A stretch of DNA of 32,000 bases, taken from Candidatus Iainarchaeum sp. (GTDB lineage: Archaea > Iainarchaeota > Iainarchaeia > Iainarchaeales > 0-14-0-20-30-16). Under the pieces are notes generated by a model. It saw nothing but the letters and a program-made list of their open reading frames with translations, was not told the origin of the DNA and searched no databases. The first letter of the stretch is position 1, and the number at the start of each line of letters is the position of its first letter. The position numbers were made by a program, and so were the translations under genes. Positions 16,101-25,331 of the stretch are shown here, in pieces. The stretch is from assembly GCA_028710695.1 (NCBI GenBank), contig JAQTTP010000003.1:60001-92000 (forward strand), read 5' to 3'.

Positions 16101-17346
16101 TTCAATCATTTTGAAAATATATTCCGGAAATGAATCCGGGTTGTTGCCTGTGAATGTAACGTTAACATATATTCCAGAAGTACCTGCAAAGCCAATAAAC
16201 GTACCTTTGTCAACAGAAATAATGGATGGTGCAATGGCTTTATCTAAATGGTTCTGGGATACTAATATGAACTTAGATGATGCTACATCTGACACTTTGT
16301 TTGATGCACAAAAGAAGATATATTTCTTGGCAAACATAATGAAAGATGGATTTACAGAAGACTTCTTTAATGACTTTGTAAATTCATGTAATAGTGAATT
16401 CTTTGTGTGTCCAAGTGAAGTAAAAGATAGTTTTATGGCTCTTATGGAAGAAGGGCGTTTGAAAGTAGTTAATGTAGATGGCACAAACAAATTAAATGGC
16501 CCCGGAAAGTATGTTGTAAGAACTATAATTGATTATAAGAATACAGACCTAGAAATTAAAGATGCAAATATAATAATAATTTTAGAGAAAGTTGAGCCAC
16601 CAATACAAGATAATATTTTGTATTATATGCCTCTGGATGGTCCTATTGGAATAAGTGATTATAGTGTTGATAGACAAGGCTATGGTGTTGACTTCTCTGG
16701 AGCAACAATTGACCTTTTTAAGCTTGGAAATTTAGCAAAGAAATTGACAGTAAACACAACATCTAATCCAATAAATACTGTGAATGTAGAATCAAATTAT
16801 GATTTTGCTTCTGCTAACAAAATTGCAAGAGGCAGAGTTTTAGGAATAAATACTTTGGGCGACCAACAAGTGTTTGTGAACTTTGTTCCAATGAATCAAA
16901 CAAAGTTTAACTTTGAACTAACTCCAGAAACAGATAAAGATACAAAATTCTGTTATGAAGTAGAACTTGATGACCAGATAATGAAAGGTCCAGATTCCTT
17001 GCTGCCGTTCTTTGCAAAAGATCCTGAAGCAAAAGATTTCACAGGACAAATGATGGTAGATAACTACCCTAAATTTGCAGAGGCAGGAGTTTGTGGAGAT
17101 CAAGCTGGATTGAAGTATAGCTTAGAATCAGTAATGAGTTCTGATCCAATAGGTCTTTACACTTATGTGTATGCTTTGAATAACACAAATGTAAAAGTGA
17201 CCAATAGTAGTTATGACAATACAGAAAGTTTGTCTGGAAAAACATTAAGTAGTGTATTTGATGATATTGCTGCAGGAAGGCTGTGTATAAATTCCACAAG
17301 CCAGACAATGGATGTATTTTGGAATGAATATGCTCAACAAAATTAA
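10108..17346 (+). CDS. Giant (2412 aa) membrane-anchored surface protein, paralog 2: same N-terminal module, beta-sandwich repeats, central two-helix TM hairpin, conserved C-terminal module
   Basis: This is an uninterrupted ORF. The N-terminus MGLRDFYFGLEDKYYKMIDKLD...IDKVMPSMILFFILFVVIIVLIIWAVIPSYA aligns with paralogs 1 and 3. It has repeats such as VKLHVIDESESPIQGAKAFVQD...ETDENGDTQLPITEEGAYSFRVYKGYSEG. A hydrophobic pair lies at nt 14731-14889. C-terminal motifs are shared with paralogs 1 and 3. Confidence 0.9.
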   Translation: MGLRDFYFGLEDKYYKMIDKLDTIFPAHAIVDRIDKVMPSMILFFILFVVIIVLIIWAVIPSYAQINVSFFNDGLSLKEKIPFSMYIGDENYSFVSDGGSAIVKIPKSDLYRIKVDTSKYSIDKDYSFSDEIKVLLDKKKKNIPIQIYFKSGYSDVESASAIFDCDNISIPDSEASKETNNGYIEITVPEDCGILNISASAEGYNSKNDVCDSTSCVINFESATSVSDNGKTNIPTANIVVKIADNLGSKDGQVTIYDSSDLINPVETGYSLNGYYNSKALAVGGYKVAVNVGTYLPQTKTIVLTEAGMNVDFMVMKNTLGNVLLKVDEETEFSYKLKDLNNNILDSGNSDKEVAFLPVFEYGKYLIDLTPDSNEFGVISNEQVEFKEGTSEITLDLKEITSFNAVLVKLHVIDESESPIQGAKAFVQDLFSGFEVFSYNFPETDENGDTQLPITEEGAYSFRVYKGYSEGMSEQVTITFEPGTEMPEEELDVVIYLGNGSFNITVLDELDYVVPFAQIDFYTKGLTKKSGTKLTDNAGKLLFSLKAGTEKFFVASKEGYMPFYSEARFLTPANIWDINANLEPQKLKEDDEKARVEYLGVFDALGGEPTNFEVDKAVYLGYDIHLYTDVDEMNFEYTTGKETTTVEQDSLFIFDSSSSSQVDSMYEDLEKTIYTEDKGKILTAKWTTGLDSAKVEKGIYRIYVKVMVRNDSSVSLYEPLNIKWKLYLDEKLNSSEEKEYFLGSSLDCSDMFCAKTSLLDIENQIYVENIGNVNKNEQKYPLVIGKKYKTEFTLMNGITASDGEIENGYLKAHTATSSDTSFMAVENDVDKYNFYQFSNISLSGPNSESQYYGAAKTILVDKYNFTKFFANKTISGSFNLIPTYDNGNYINFWVIDSDKQVPVRGAPAFNYWFVPDAPHSLSIKLFPNTLLVPNKVQNLKVYVYDELESVVKDAKVVVLKKAPNDSVYKTVQGCNNLTTDYEGKVVCELPPFEPNTFIQVLAYKEGYKSYKHNDLLPDLKVVEEIISFNPAKLDITISYPKEKAVVADLTIANASAQDLIINNIDLQFDKYSENSKFLLNWEAMEAYFESEYKGKVIYGIEEDKGVNETILQNFFKVIANDTFDKSVYADKIGGIIKVTLDTSPGTVTLDIPFSIKFKLDSYPENAGECLKISMLEKDFYIEKATNTEIEMINTCLLDSEKLTPAIFDKLFLLLTLEDGSYSIVNYSLTIPDKVSKNVDIGVPALLLENLKTDVTKPDMTGFLGMTPKSVKGNQKIGIKLMGYVTTESGPAKLESNTISINVNTVELANCIGVYNDNGEKIDRIDFGVFSSIEYLATAESINNKVHGPSTEIEIKNECSGSLLYIRACKDNENNFSPGCGNENSDAKLSFSVEDFTKGIELAGGASQKVEIYRPSIPGAYALDLWVKTKDQWGYKKIYDVKTNVKTTTAFGYFSYNPFLPMFDLNTDITPMTNGDEFESDIMYLFNRDLWVSKMSDLETLEKIAECDTGGSGCWNSLDRLDLSSGLGDDGDSVDNSETARKAVFYSGVGVAGVGVIILIGVALCASSVPVAGWIIGGAAAIAAGTFAIISALAPDDFEQITEYHLFDMVGEDIALDAVIYSQTDKKTYNWLDGTSMDPVKLTSLFGERYYDLYYVNKEVAGSVGFAGGDHKKDLWFTVYCGTEYEPVVDAIVINDIKKEVCGWPEDEPFVVNGSDVEFRPDCSDAGFLDGFELHSHVYVPCVLKPKNWVYEQFKGVDYGLPNTGLARVKYTTKDLKPGYNYFDVDMNVIGLLDIDPKEVKFRVSLYNPLSEEEKILPLGDSCKNLSGEIIGYTGEKARPKLKFVWDWQSQGSVLSPYEDMNFCNTDNYCDSTQFMMNMFNRINTFNDEILDLSKSNDMDLPKTNPQPETLKPEYDYDPAKAESLGVKSVKLEFTNSNLLYLKVSKDVDVNVSKISVIVGGADGSSGDMAVSSQNPNVFTYTISDQPVEEYKDLDGKKYSIILKIYSGNESGLLPVNVTLTYIPEVPAKPINVPLSTEIMDGAMALSKWFWDTNMNLDDATSDTLFDAQKKIYFLANIMKDGFTEDFFNDFVNSCNSEFFVCPSEVKDSFMALMEEGRLKVVNVDGTNKLNGPGKYVVRTIIDYKNTDLEIKDANIIIILEKVEPPIQDNILYYMPLDGPIGISDYSVDRQGYGVDFSGATIDLFKLGNLAKKLTVNTTSNPINTVNVESNYDFASANKIARGRVLGINTLGDQQVFVNFVPMNQTKFNFELTPETDKDTKFCYEVELDDQIMKGPDSLLPFFAKDPEAKDFTGQMMVDNYPKFAEAGVCGDQAGLKYSLESVMSSDPIGLYTYVYALNNTNVKVTNSSYDNTESLSGKTLSSVFDDIAAGRLCINSTSQTMDVFWNEYAQQN

Positions 17347-17497
17347 TAAAAAAGTAAGTAGGTAAAGAACAGCATTAGTTAGGTTAAAAAAATGCTAAAA
17401 AAAGGTCAACGGTTAGTACAGAAAGGAGACAAAAAACACCTCTTAAGATGGTGTACAAAATTTGGCTCCTATAAGAATTATAATTATTGGTGATTGT

Positions 17498-20400
17498 ATG
17501 AGTTTTAGAGAGCTATATACGAAAATAGAAGATAAATATTATGCGATGTTGGATAAGATAAATCAAGTTATACCTATCCACAAGCTTACTGACCAAATTG
17601 ACAAGGTAATGCCCTCGATGATATTCTTTTCTGTATTCTTTTTAGTGATAATTGGACTTATTATTTGGCTAATAGTTGCTAGTGTTGGATCTTCAACAAT
17701 CACTTTTGAATTTTATTCTAATGGAACACTTGCATCCGGAGAATTTAATGTAACTTTCTCTTCCGAAGGTGGAGAACAAATTGCTCTTGTGAAGAATGGA
17801 ATTGCCTTTGGAAATTATGATATGGGGGATTTTGTAACTGTGAAAATAAAAGAGCCTTATACTTTTTCAAAAACTTATGAAATTAAAAGCGAATTAATGA
17901 AAATTGACTTGCCAGGATTAGACAAACTTGCTTTGAAGGAAGCAGAAAAAAAGAATAAAGAAATTTCTATTTATTTGTATGATGGCACATCTGGGTCTCT
18001 AGTTAAAGAAAAAGCGATTGTTAGCGCAAGTTGTGAGGATTTTAGTAAAGAAATAGAAGTAACTGGAAACACAAAACTTGCAATTCCTGATAATTGTTCT
18101 TATGTTGATTTGTTAGCAACTGCTGACGGATATTTACAATCTAAAAAAAGTTGTGATACCGCTTTGTGTAAAATATTTATGGACAAAAAAGGAACAACTA
18201 CTCCAACAACTGTTGTTCAATCAATTCCAAAAAATAAAGTTGTTGTGTATGTAAAAGATAATAAAGGAACTTCTCTGGAAGGGTTTGATGTAAAAATTAC
18301 TGGGGTTGAATCAATACAAGATGTTTTGAACCAAGCAAAAACAAATGCTTTTGGAAGTTACACTTTTGAAGATATTACTGTTGGAAATTATAAATTGTAT
18401 GTGTCTGATCCTTCTGGAACTTTGACTACTGTAAGCAAAGATTTAATTGTTGTATCTGGGCCTCCAGTTATTGCAGATATTACTATGGAAAAGCCGCCTT
18501 TGGGATATTTTAATGTAAAAGTGAATACTGAGAATACAGGTGGATTTGCATTAGCTACTTTGTATGTGAAAGATGTAAATGATAATTATCTTGGAACTGT
18601 GGACATAAATACTGGTGTAGAATACAAGATAGGTGTTTATGAAAAAGGAAAATATATTTTTAATGTAATTCCTGTAACTGGTTATGATGAAAATTATTCA
18701 ATTGTTACTGAAGAAAGAGAATACGATTTGCAAAGCGGAGATAAAAAAGTTGATTTAGTTTTGAAAGAATTAAAATATTATGAAAATACAAAAGTTAATT
18801 TGAAAGTTGTAAAAGAAAAAGATGATGGGTCTGAGGAACCATTGCCAAATATGAAAATAATAGTTGAAAATGACGAAGGCTGGCAAATAGAATTGCCTGC
18901 TGACAAAACAAAAACAGATGTAAATGGTTCTGTGAGTTTTATTTTGCCATCTGGAGTTTACATAGTTCATGCTTATAATTATTATTTTACTGGAGAAACA
19001 AATTTACAATTATTGGACACTCCTGGTGCAACAGAATTGCCTGAAACAGATGCAAAGATTGCTGTTCAGATTGGAAAAGCAAAAATAAAAGTTTCTGTTA
19101 AAGACGAAGATGGAAAGGATTTGACAGATGTGAAAGTAGATATCTATATGGATTCCAATTTTTTTGGACCAATGTTTATAAGTCAAGAAAAATACAAAGA
19201 GGTTCAGGTTGAGGCATATCATAGTTATTATGTAAAGGTAACAAAAGAAGGATATTTGAATTATTATAGTCCAGAGTTGGTTTTGAAGAAAGACCAATTA
19301 ATGGATGAGAAAGTAATTTTGTATAATAAATTAGAACACTTAAACTCAGATCCTGAAATGATTTATGTTGGGGCATATAAAGATCAAGAATTAAAAACAA
19401 AGCTTGATAAAATAGATCAAGAGAATGAGTTTTATTATGTGTTTGATTTAGTTGTTCCAGAATTTAGTGAAAAATTGTATGAAATTTCTGGGGTTAAAGT
19501 AACTGGTGTTGCAGGAAACAAAAATTTGCCAGTTTTAGAAAGCGATTTAGTTTTAAAGAACGTATTTGCGTCTGGAAAAACACATTTATTTAGTACAATA
19601 ACTGGAACTTCTTTAGCAGAACAAGGTGAAGATTTTACTTATACTGCAAAATCTTTTACAAGCGAGTTTAATGGGGGCTCTTATGTTGCAAGAATGGTTG
19701 TGCATTTGAGATCTACTGATATTCCTCAAATAGGGGATAAATTATTCTTTTATTATAAATTAGATATAGATACTAAACAAAATGGCTCTTTTAATTTGCC
19801 AATACCAACTGACGCAGAATATTATGAATTAATTAAGTTCTTGGGAAAACGAGAACTTTGTGAAAATGAAGTTGTTTGTGTTGATACTTACTTAGATGGA
19901 ATGGCAACAAGTAGTTTGCCTGGCGGAAGCGAAAATAAAGTGGAATTATATTCTGGAAAGCAGAATAATATTCTTGTAAATCTTACAAAGGGTGATGAAC
20001 TTCCAACTGAACTTGAAGCAAGTAAGTTTACAGTATTCAATTCTACAATTTCTTCTGTAGAGAACTTTAATTCTTTGAAAGACTTCTATGTTGATTTGGA
20101 AGATATGAGTTTAGTGCACGACAAAATAACATCTACAAAGCCAATAGAAATTGACTCACAAACAGCACCGGTATTTGTAAAAGAAGCATCAATAAATAAT
20201 TATAAAATTAATACTACTTTGAAGTTTGATTCAAAAATTGAATTGGTGGAACCAGAGAATTCAAAACTTTATTTTAATTTTGATACTACTAATGAAGTTG
20301 AGCAAGTATATGTTGATTTAGAAACAATGAACGATGACGAACCATTAAAGTTAGAAGGGCTGCCAGAAGGAGATCTTTTGATTCCTGGAATTGAAAACTC

Positions 20401-23400
20401 TTTTGATGTAATTGTGAAATCTGGAGAAGATAAGATTGGGGCTGCAATAATAAAAATATATTTCTTTGATGGAATGAATTGGTCTTTAGAAAATACTTTT
20501 ACTGCAGGAAATGATGGTGTTGCAAAAATTACTATAAAGCCACACACACAAGGTGAAGAAGTAAAAATATCTGCTGAAAAAGAAAGTTATTTGCCTTGTG
20601 CAAAGATTTTATTAGTAAGTACTGATTTGTTTGAAATAAACAAAAGCAAGAATGAAACAAAAATAGTTTATCCAAAAGATTTAAATCCAGTTGCAGGAAA
20701 ATTGGGAATAAAAAACAAAACAAATATTGATTTTGAAGTTTATAATGTGGAATTTGTGGGTTCTTCAAATTTGGGTTTATTGATGAATGTAGAAAAAATG
20801 GAAAACTACCTTAAAGATGCAAAACCATTGTTAATTCCAAATGAAGAAACAATAGGATTTAAAATGCATTATAATGATTTGCCAGTACAAACTTTGACAG
20901 ATTCAGTTGCTCTTGATGATGTTCATGCAATGTTATCTGTTAGGCCAAAAGGATCAGAAAGTGAAATTGTTTTGGATGTTCCAATAACTTTGGAAATAAC
21001 TTTTAATAATCAGCCTTTGGAAGAGAATTGTGTTTCTGTTGAATTTACAAAAGATTTAAGTAAACTATCTGGGGAAACAGAGTTTAGTGCTGTATTCCTG
21101 AACGGTGTTGCGCCAGAAACTTATTTGATAATAGAAAACTCTTGTACAATTGAATTGAACGAAGGCCAAGGAAGTGTTGCGGATTATGAATTTGCTGACT
21201 TTTTGTTAGATGCGTCATTTTCTAAGATGGCAAATAATATAATGGGCGGATTCACAATTAATATTGAAGGTGCAAGTGATAATACAAAAACAGAAAATTA
21301 TTCTTTGTTTAAAGTTGATACTGGCGAAGTAATAAAATTGCTTTCTCCAAAGAAAAAGAGCAATGACAAATATATTTACAAAATCACATTTGAAAAACTT
21401 GGAGATTATGAATTTGGAAAGAACGGAACAAATGTAGAATTTAAATTTATTCCAAAGTACCAAGGTGTTGGAAACCAAACGATCTCTTTTGGAGAGAAGA
21501 AACTTTCAATGAACGTTTCTGAAAAGAAGATATCTGATTGCTTATATTTCGGGTTGAATACAAATGTTAATACCCAATCTGTTGCTACCGACACTGAAGG
21601 AGTGGCTACTGAAGAAGGTTCTGAACAGCAAGTTATTATGCCAATTAGTATAGACGAACAACAATATTATTTGAAAGGTGGAAATGGAATATTAAGATTG
21701 GGTTATGATTATGTTGATGAGACTGTGGGCCCAGAATCTTTGAATGCGAATTTGACTTTGGATAACACAAGTAACTTGCAAATAACTAGGCCAGGTAATG
21801 ATTATGTTGTAAACTCCCTGCCGCTTTTAATTAAGAACACTTGTGGAATTGATTTGGAAATAAAATTGTGTAAAGAAGATGATGAATATTGTAGAATTCC
21901 TGATGTAGGATTTATGCAATTTGATACTTTATATGGTGTTGAAGGATTTGAGTTATATAATACTCCTTTAACTATTGGTGCGGATAAAGAAATACAATTC
22001 TCCTTATTGAGGCCGCAGGAATTCTCCGGTGCTGTTGTACTTCCTTTGTATGTAAAAAACACAACAGGAGAATATGGCTTGGCAAAAGAAGCAAAGGTAT
22101 CAGTTCAATCTTCATTGTTTAATCCATACTTTGTGTTAAATCCATTTGTTGAAGATGGAAACATGGACATTACTTTCTACAAGAATGAATATTATCCAGA
22201 TATGACTGGTTGGTCAGATCCAATAGAGAAACAGTTATTGACCAACGACACAGATTCAAGCTCATATCTGCGATTGATCCAAATAACTCCTGGTCCAATT
22301 TTTAATTATGATGGGGACGATGATTCTGGAAATATTTTAGATTCTTTTGAAGCACTGAACCCAAAGTCAATTGACTATACGGATGATAGTTCTGATGTTG
22401 ACCAAAGTCTTAGTGAAAAAGTTGTTGGGGTTGTAGGCGGTATGATTAGTGGCGGCGTAGATATATTGTACTATATAAAAGAAGTAGAATATAATCTTCC
22501 ACAATGGGCTATAATAAAAATAATGGCAAATAGATTCCATAAAGGGTCTTTGAGTGATTTAGATGATGATGTGGCCGCAACAGCAGAATATAGAATTTGG
22601 TCAGAAAGCTTGCCAATACAAAATATATTAAATAATAAACAGATTTTTGACGGTTTTAATAATGATTGGTGTGAGCTTGAAGATGATTCTTGCTTCTTTA
22701 ATTATGAAGGCCCAGTTCAAAAAATTGCAGATATTTTGCGTGAAACTGTCGGAACAAAGTACCCTTATTTTACATCAATAAGTGTTGCAAGGTTGGAAGG
22801 AGATTGTGGTTGGTCAAATGTTATTGCCTATGCACAAGGGTTTTGTCCACAGGGGTATGAACTTGCAAAAATAGAACTTTTTAGAAAAGATGGCGGAACT
22901 GTTGATGGCAGAGATAATACTTTCTCTCAAGTTACTGAAGGCAAGACAACAAAATACTTATATGGTGGCTCTGTAAACTTTGAAGATAAATATATTAATG
23001 AAGAGTCAGATACTGGCTATCAGATGATGACTATTTGTAGGCTTCCTAGATCAGAGTTTGGAGAAGTAGATCGTGCTGTTGGGGGAACAATGAAATATAG
23101 TTCTTTTGGCAGTGGGTCAATATTTGATTCCTCAGGAATAGAAAATATTGTAAAAAGTAAGATCCAAGCAACAGACATATTTAATTGCACGGACTGCACT
23201 TCTGAATTGAGAGAATTTTTATTTGATGTATATGATGCAGAGGCAGCAGATATGGATTGTGAAATAACACCGCCAGGTTATTTTGATGCGGGTGATAATG
23301 ATGAATATGAGATATACCAGAATAATTCATCTGGATGCCCCGGATTTGACTACTCAAAAATAAACTTATTAAATGAGTTATACCAAGGCAAGGAAAATGA

Positions 23401-24874
23401 TGTAGACAATTATAAGGCAAGGACTGCGGCAGTAGTAACTAGTATAGTAACAAACTCAGGGAAAACGACATCTGGAGAACTTGCTTATGCAGCAAATATG
23501 GCTTTTGCAGGTAGTGATACTTTCTTTGGTTATATTGATGATGCATATGGTATTAATTTTGATGGGCTAATAATAGAACTTTGTAAAGATGGTTCAAAGA
23601 CAAAAAATAATGGTACTTGTAGTCATGCAACTCAATTACGTGCTAGCTTTGGACCGTATAATTATAATTCCATCTCTATAACTGCTGCTGAATTTGATGG
23701 CTTAAATTCAAACATAAGACTATATCTTGAGCCAAAGACAATGAAGAAAGACTTTGCATTCTATAAGAAAGTAAATTCATGCCCATATGGTGGGTATACT
23801 GGCCCAGAAGTAAAGCCAACAATAAATTATACTTGGGCAGAAAGTGCAATAAAAAAAGATTTCTGTGTTGTTGAGGGTGAAGAGAATTATGCAGATGTAA
23901 ATGCTTGTGATTTAGTTCAATTCTCTAAAGTGATTTCAAAACAATTTTCAGATGATATGGAACAAAAGCATTTTACTGTAAAACTGATGTATGACAACTA
24001 TTCTGAAAGTGCAATAAATTCTTTAATAGAATGGTCTTTCTTTGAACACATAAAAGATTTAAGAATCCTGAATTATGATGGAAGCCCGGTGGGAGAAATT
24101 GGGCCTGGAATTTACAATGTAGATTTAATACGTGATGAAAATGTATTGGATGTGTACTTATCATATCTGACAAGTTATGGGCCAGATCATATATTCTATA
24201 GGATGCCTGTAGACAATGTTGGTACTGGGGCAATCCCTGGAATTGGAACTTCAATGAACTATCCAATAAATTATGATGGCTTTGGAAGCTTTAGTCAGAT
24301 TAAAGATGACGTTTCTACCTTAAAAGAATATTCTGTTTCAAACCACGATTTGAAAACAATAAATACAACTCAAAAAGGAACTGTGTTTGCAGGATACTTT
24401 AATGATGGCTTGATATATTGGAATAACATGGATGTATATCTGCTGACTGCACACTTGGGAACTGACGAGAATAAAGAAATTTTGCTAACTGCTCCAGAAT
24501 ATGATACGGAAATCTATGAAGTTCTAAAATCTGGCTGGATTTATGAAGATGGTGAAGACTACTACTATGCTGAAAATGCGGGATTTGGGTTTGGAGTGGT
24601 TGACACAGATAATGGCAAGAAGTTAAAGATAAGTAATGCAAGCGGATACAATAGAACTGTAAAGAAAATATTATTCTATCCACAAGGAAGCGCGTTGGAT
24701 TTGCCAGAACAGGATGATGTAACTCTTACACAGCTTGATGTTGAGCCAATATACAGTATAACAGACATATTCAAAGGATTGGAAAATGAAAACATTTGTT
24801 ATAGGGCTTTGGAAGACGGAAGTGAATATTATTATAACCCTTTGAAATTATTAGATATAATACAAACGCAATAA
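17498..24874 (+). CDS. Giant (about 2458 aa) membrane-anchored surface protein, paralog 3
   Basis: The ORF is open from 17462 (TTG). The ATG at 17498 is preferred because it gives MSFRELYTKIEDKYYAMLDKIN...IDKVMPSMIFF, colinear with the other two N-termini, and is preceded by the SD ggtgat (17489-17494). It has beta-sandwich repeats (e.g. KIKVSVKDEDGKDLTDVKVDIYMD...YYVKVTKEGYLN) and a shared C-terminal motif at about 23765-23950. Confidence 0.88.
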   Translation: MSFRELYTKIEDKYYAMLDKINQVIPIHKLTDQIDKVMPSMIFFSVFFLVIIGLIIWLIVASVGSSTITFEFYSNGTLASGEFNVTFSSEGGEQIALVKNGIAFGNYDMGDFVTVKIKEPYTFSKTYEIKSELMKIDLPGLDKLALKEAEKKNKEISIYLYDGTSGSLVKEKAIVSASCEDFSKEIEVTGNTKLAIPDNCSYVDLLATADGYLQSKKSCDTALCKIFMDKKGTTTPTTVVQSIPKNKVVVYVKDNKGTSLEGFDVKITGVESIQDVLNQAKTNAFGSYTFEDITVGNYKLYVSDPSGTLTTVSKDLIVVSGPPVIADITMEKPPLGYFNVKVNTENTGGFALATLYVKDVNDNYLGTVDINTGVEYKIGVYEKGKYIFNVIPVTGYDENYSIVTEEREYDLQSGDKKVDLVLKELKYYENTKVNLKVVKEKDDGSEEPLPNMKIIVENDEGWQIELPADKTKTDVNGSVSFILPSGVYIVHAYNYYFTGETNLQLLDTPGATELPETDAKIAVQIGKAKIKVSVKDEDGKDLTDVKVDIYMDSNFFGPMFISQEKYKEVQVEAYHSYYVKVTKEGYLNYYSPELVLKKDQLMDEKVILYNKLEHLNSDPEMIYVGAYKDQELKTKLDKIDQENEFYYVFDLVVPEFSEKLYEISGVKVTGVAGNKNLPVLESDLVLKNVFASGKTHLFSTITGTSLAEQGEDFTYTAKSFTSEFNGGSYVARMVVHLRSTDIPQIGDKLFFYYKLDIDTKQNGSFNLPIPTDAEYYELIKFLGKRELCENEVVCVDTYLDGMATSSLPGGSENKVELYSGKQNNILVNLTKGDELPTELEASKFTVFNSTISSVENFNSLKDFYVDLEDMSLVHDKITSTKPIEIDSQTAPVFVKEASINNYKINTTLKFDSKIELVEPENSKLYFNFDTTNEVEQVYVDLETMNDDEPLKLEGLPEGDLLIPGIENSFDVIVKSGEDKIGAAIIKIYFFDGMNWSLENTFTAGNDGVAKITIKPHTQGEEVKISAEKESYLPCAKILLVSTDLFEINKSKNETKIVYPKDLNPVAGKLGIKNKTNIDFEVYNVEFVGSSNLGLLMNVEKMENYLKDAKPLLIPNEETIGFKMHYNDLPVQTLTDSVALDDVHAMLSVRPKGSESEIVLDVPITLEITFNNQPLEENCVSVEFTKDLSKLSGETEFSAVFLNGVAPETYLIIENSCTIELNEGQGSVADYEFADFLLDASFSKMANNIMGGFTINIEGASDNTKTENYSLFKVDTGEVIKLLSPKKKSNDKYIYKITFEKLGDYEFGKNGTNVEFKFIPKYQGVGNQTISFGEKKLSMNVSEKKISDCLYFGLNTNVNTQSVATDTEGVATEEGSEQQVIMPISIDEQQYYLKGGNGILRLGYDYVDETVGPESLNANLTLDNTSNLQITRPGNDYVVNSLPLLIKNTCGIDLEIKLCKEDDEYCRIPDVGFMQFDTLYGVEGFELYNTPLTIGADKEIQFSLLRPQEFSGAVVLPLYVKNTTGEYGLAKEAKVSVQSSLFNPYFVLNPFVEDGNMDITFYKNEYYPDMTGWSDPIEKQLLTNDTDSSSYLRLIQITPGPIFNYDGDDDSGNILDSFEALNPKSIDYTDDSSDVDQSLSEKVVGVVGGMISGGVDILYYIKEVEYNLPQWAIIKIMANRFHKGSLSDLDDDVAATAEYRIWSESLPIQNILNNKQIFDGFNNDWCELEDDSCFFNYEGPVQKIADILRETVGTKYPYFTSISVARLEGDCGWSNVIAYAQGFCPQGYELAKIELFRKDGGTVDGRDNTFSQVTEGKTTKYLYGGSVNFEDKYINEESDTGYQMMTICRLPRSEFGEVDRAVGGTMKYSSFGSGSIFDSSGIENIVKSKIQATDIFNCTDCTSELREFLFDVYDAEAADMDCEITPPGYFDAGDNDEYEIYQNNSSGCPGFDYSKINLLNELYQGKENDVDNYKARTAAVVTSIVTNSGKTTSGELAYAANMAFAGSDTFFGYIDDAYGINFDGLIIELCKDGSKTKNNGTCSHATQLRASFGPYNYNSISITAAEFDGLNSNIRLYLEPKTMKKDFAFYKKVNSCPYGGYTGPEVKPTINYTWAESAIKKDFCVVEGEENYADVNACDLVQFSKVISKQFSDDMEQKHFTVKLMYDNYSESAINSLIEWSFFEHIKDLRILNYDGSPVGEIGPGIYNVDLIRDENVLDVYLSYLTSYGPDHIFYRMPVDNVGTGAIPGIGTSMNYPINYDGFGSFSQIKDDVSTLKEYSVSNHDLKTINTTQKGTVFAGYFNDGLIYWNNMDVYLLTAHLGTDENKEILLTAPEYDTEIYEVLKSGWIYEDGEDYYYAENAGFGFGVVDTDNGKKLKISNASGYNRTVKKILFYPQGSALDLPEQDDVTLTQLDVEPIYSITDIFKGLENENICYRALEDGSEYYYNPLKLLDIIQTQ

Positions 24875-24907
24875 GTAACAGGATAATGAAAAAATTGGTG
24901 TTTAAGA

Positions 24908-25327
24908 ATGGATATAACAATGTTGATAGGGCTAGGAGAGTTCTTTGGGGACTTTGTCTTCATAATAAAGATCTTTGCCTTTATTGCCATTCTTGGGTTT
25001 GTTAACAGATATATCCAGAGCAAGTTAATAAAAATAATAATGGTCGTGTTTATGGGTTATTTTATCCTTATTGCAAACTGGGCTGTATTTGGAACTATGT
25101 TTGTGATATATACTTTATTGGGAATTGGTGTTGCAGGAATACTAACAGATTTCTTCTTTGCTGGTCAGAATATTATTGGTGAAGGTGAACAAGAAAGGCA
25201 GATGGCCCAAGAAAAAGAGCGGGAAGAAATGGAGAGAAGAAGAATGCTTGAGGATGCACGGCCAGTATCTAGTAGTGCGAGTTTGCATAAAAGGCCCCCA
25301 ATTCCACCTGCACTTATGAGAAGGTAG
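24908..25327 (+). CDS. Small polytopic membrane protein (about 3 TM) with charged E/R/K-rich and Pro-rich C-terminal tail
   Basis: The ORF lies 33 nt after the giant gene 3 stop with no T-run between. An SD ggtg lies at 24897-24900. Hydrophobic segments are FVFIIKIFAFIAILGFV, IIMVVFMGYFILIANWAVF and MFVIYTLLGIGVAGIL. The tail is EGEQERQMAQEKEREEMERRRMLED...KRPPIPPALMRR. Confidence 0.7.
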   Translation: MDITMLIGLGEFFGDFVFIIKIFAFIAILGFVNRYIQSKLIKIIMVVFMGYFILIANWAVFGTMFVIYTLLGIGVAGILTDFFFAGQNIIGEGEQERQMAQEKEREEMERRRMLEDARPVSSSASLHKRPPIPPALMRR

Positions 25328-25331
25328 AACT

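Noticed and set aside
17392-17493. A 33-codon basic ORF (MLKKGQRLVQKGDKKHLLRWCTKFGSYKNYNYW*) in the spacer between giant genes 2 and 3.
   Set aside because: It has no SD, no recognisable motif, and its end overlaps the probable promoter/SD of gene 3. Chance ORFs of this size are expected. It is worth a look only if ribosome profiling data exist.
17462-17497. A TTG start for giant gene 3, as given in the ORF track (MAPIRIIIIGDC...).
   Set aside because: The ATG at 17498 restores colinearity with the N-termini of the two paralogs and is preceded by ggtgat at ideal spacing. The 12 extra codons overlap the likely promoter A/T box.
328-24683. About 40 minus-strand ORFs of 60-143 aa lying inside the three giant genes (e.g. 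3526-3834, 10989-11276, 16059-16490, 23973-24266).
   Set aside because: All are antisense to long, clearly coding ORFs. Their products are Leu/Phe/Ile/Gln-rich low-complexity strings typical of the reverse complement of AT-rich coding DNA. None has an SD or promoter context.
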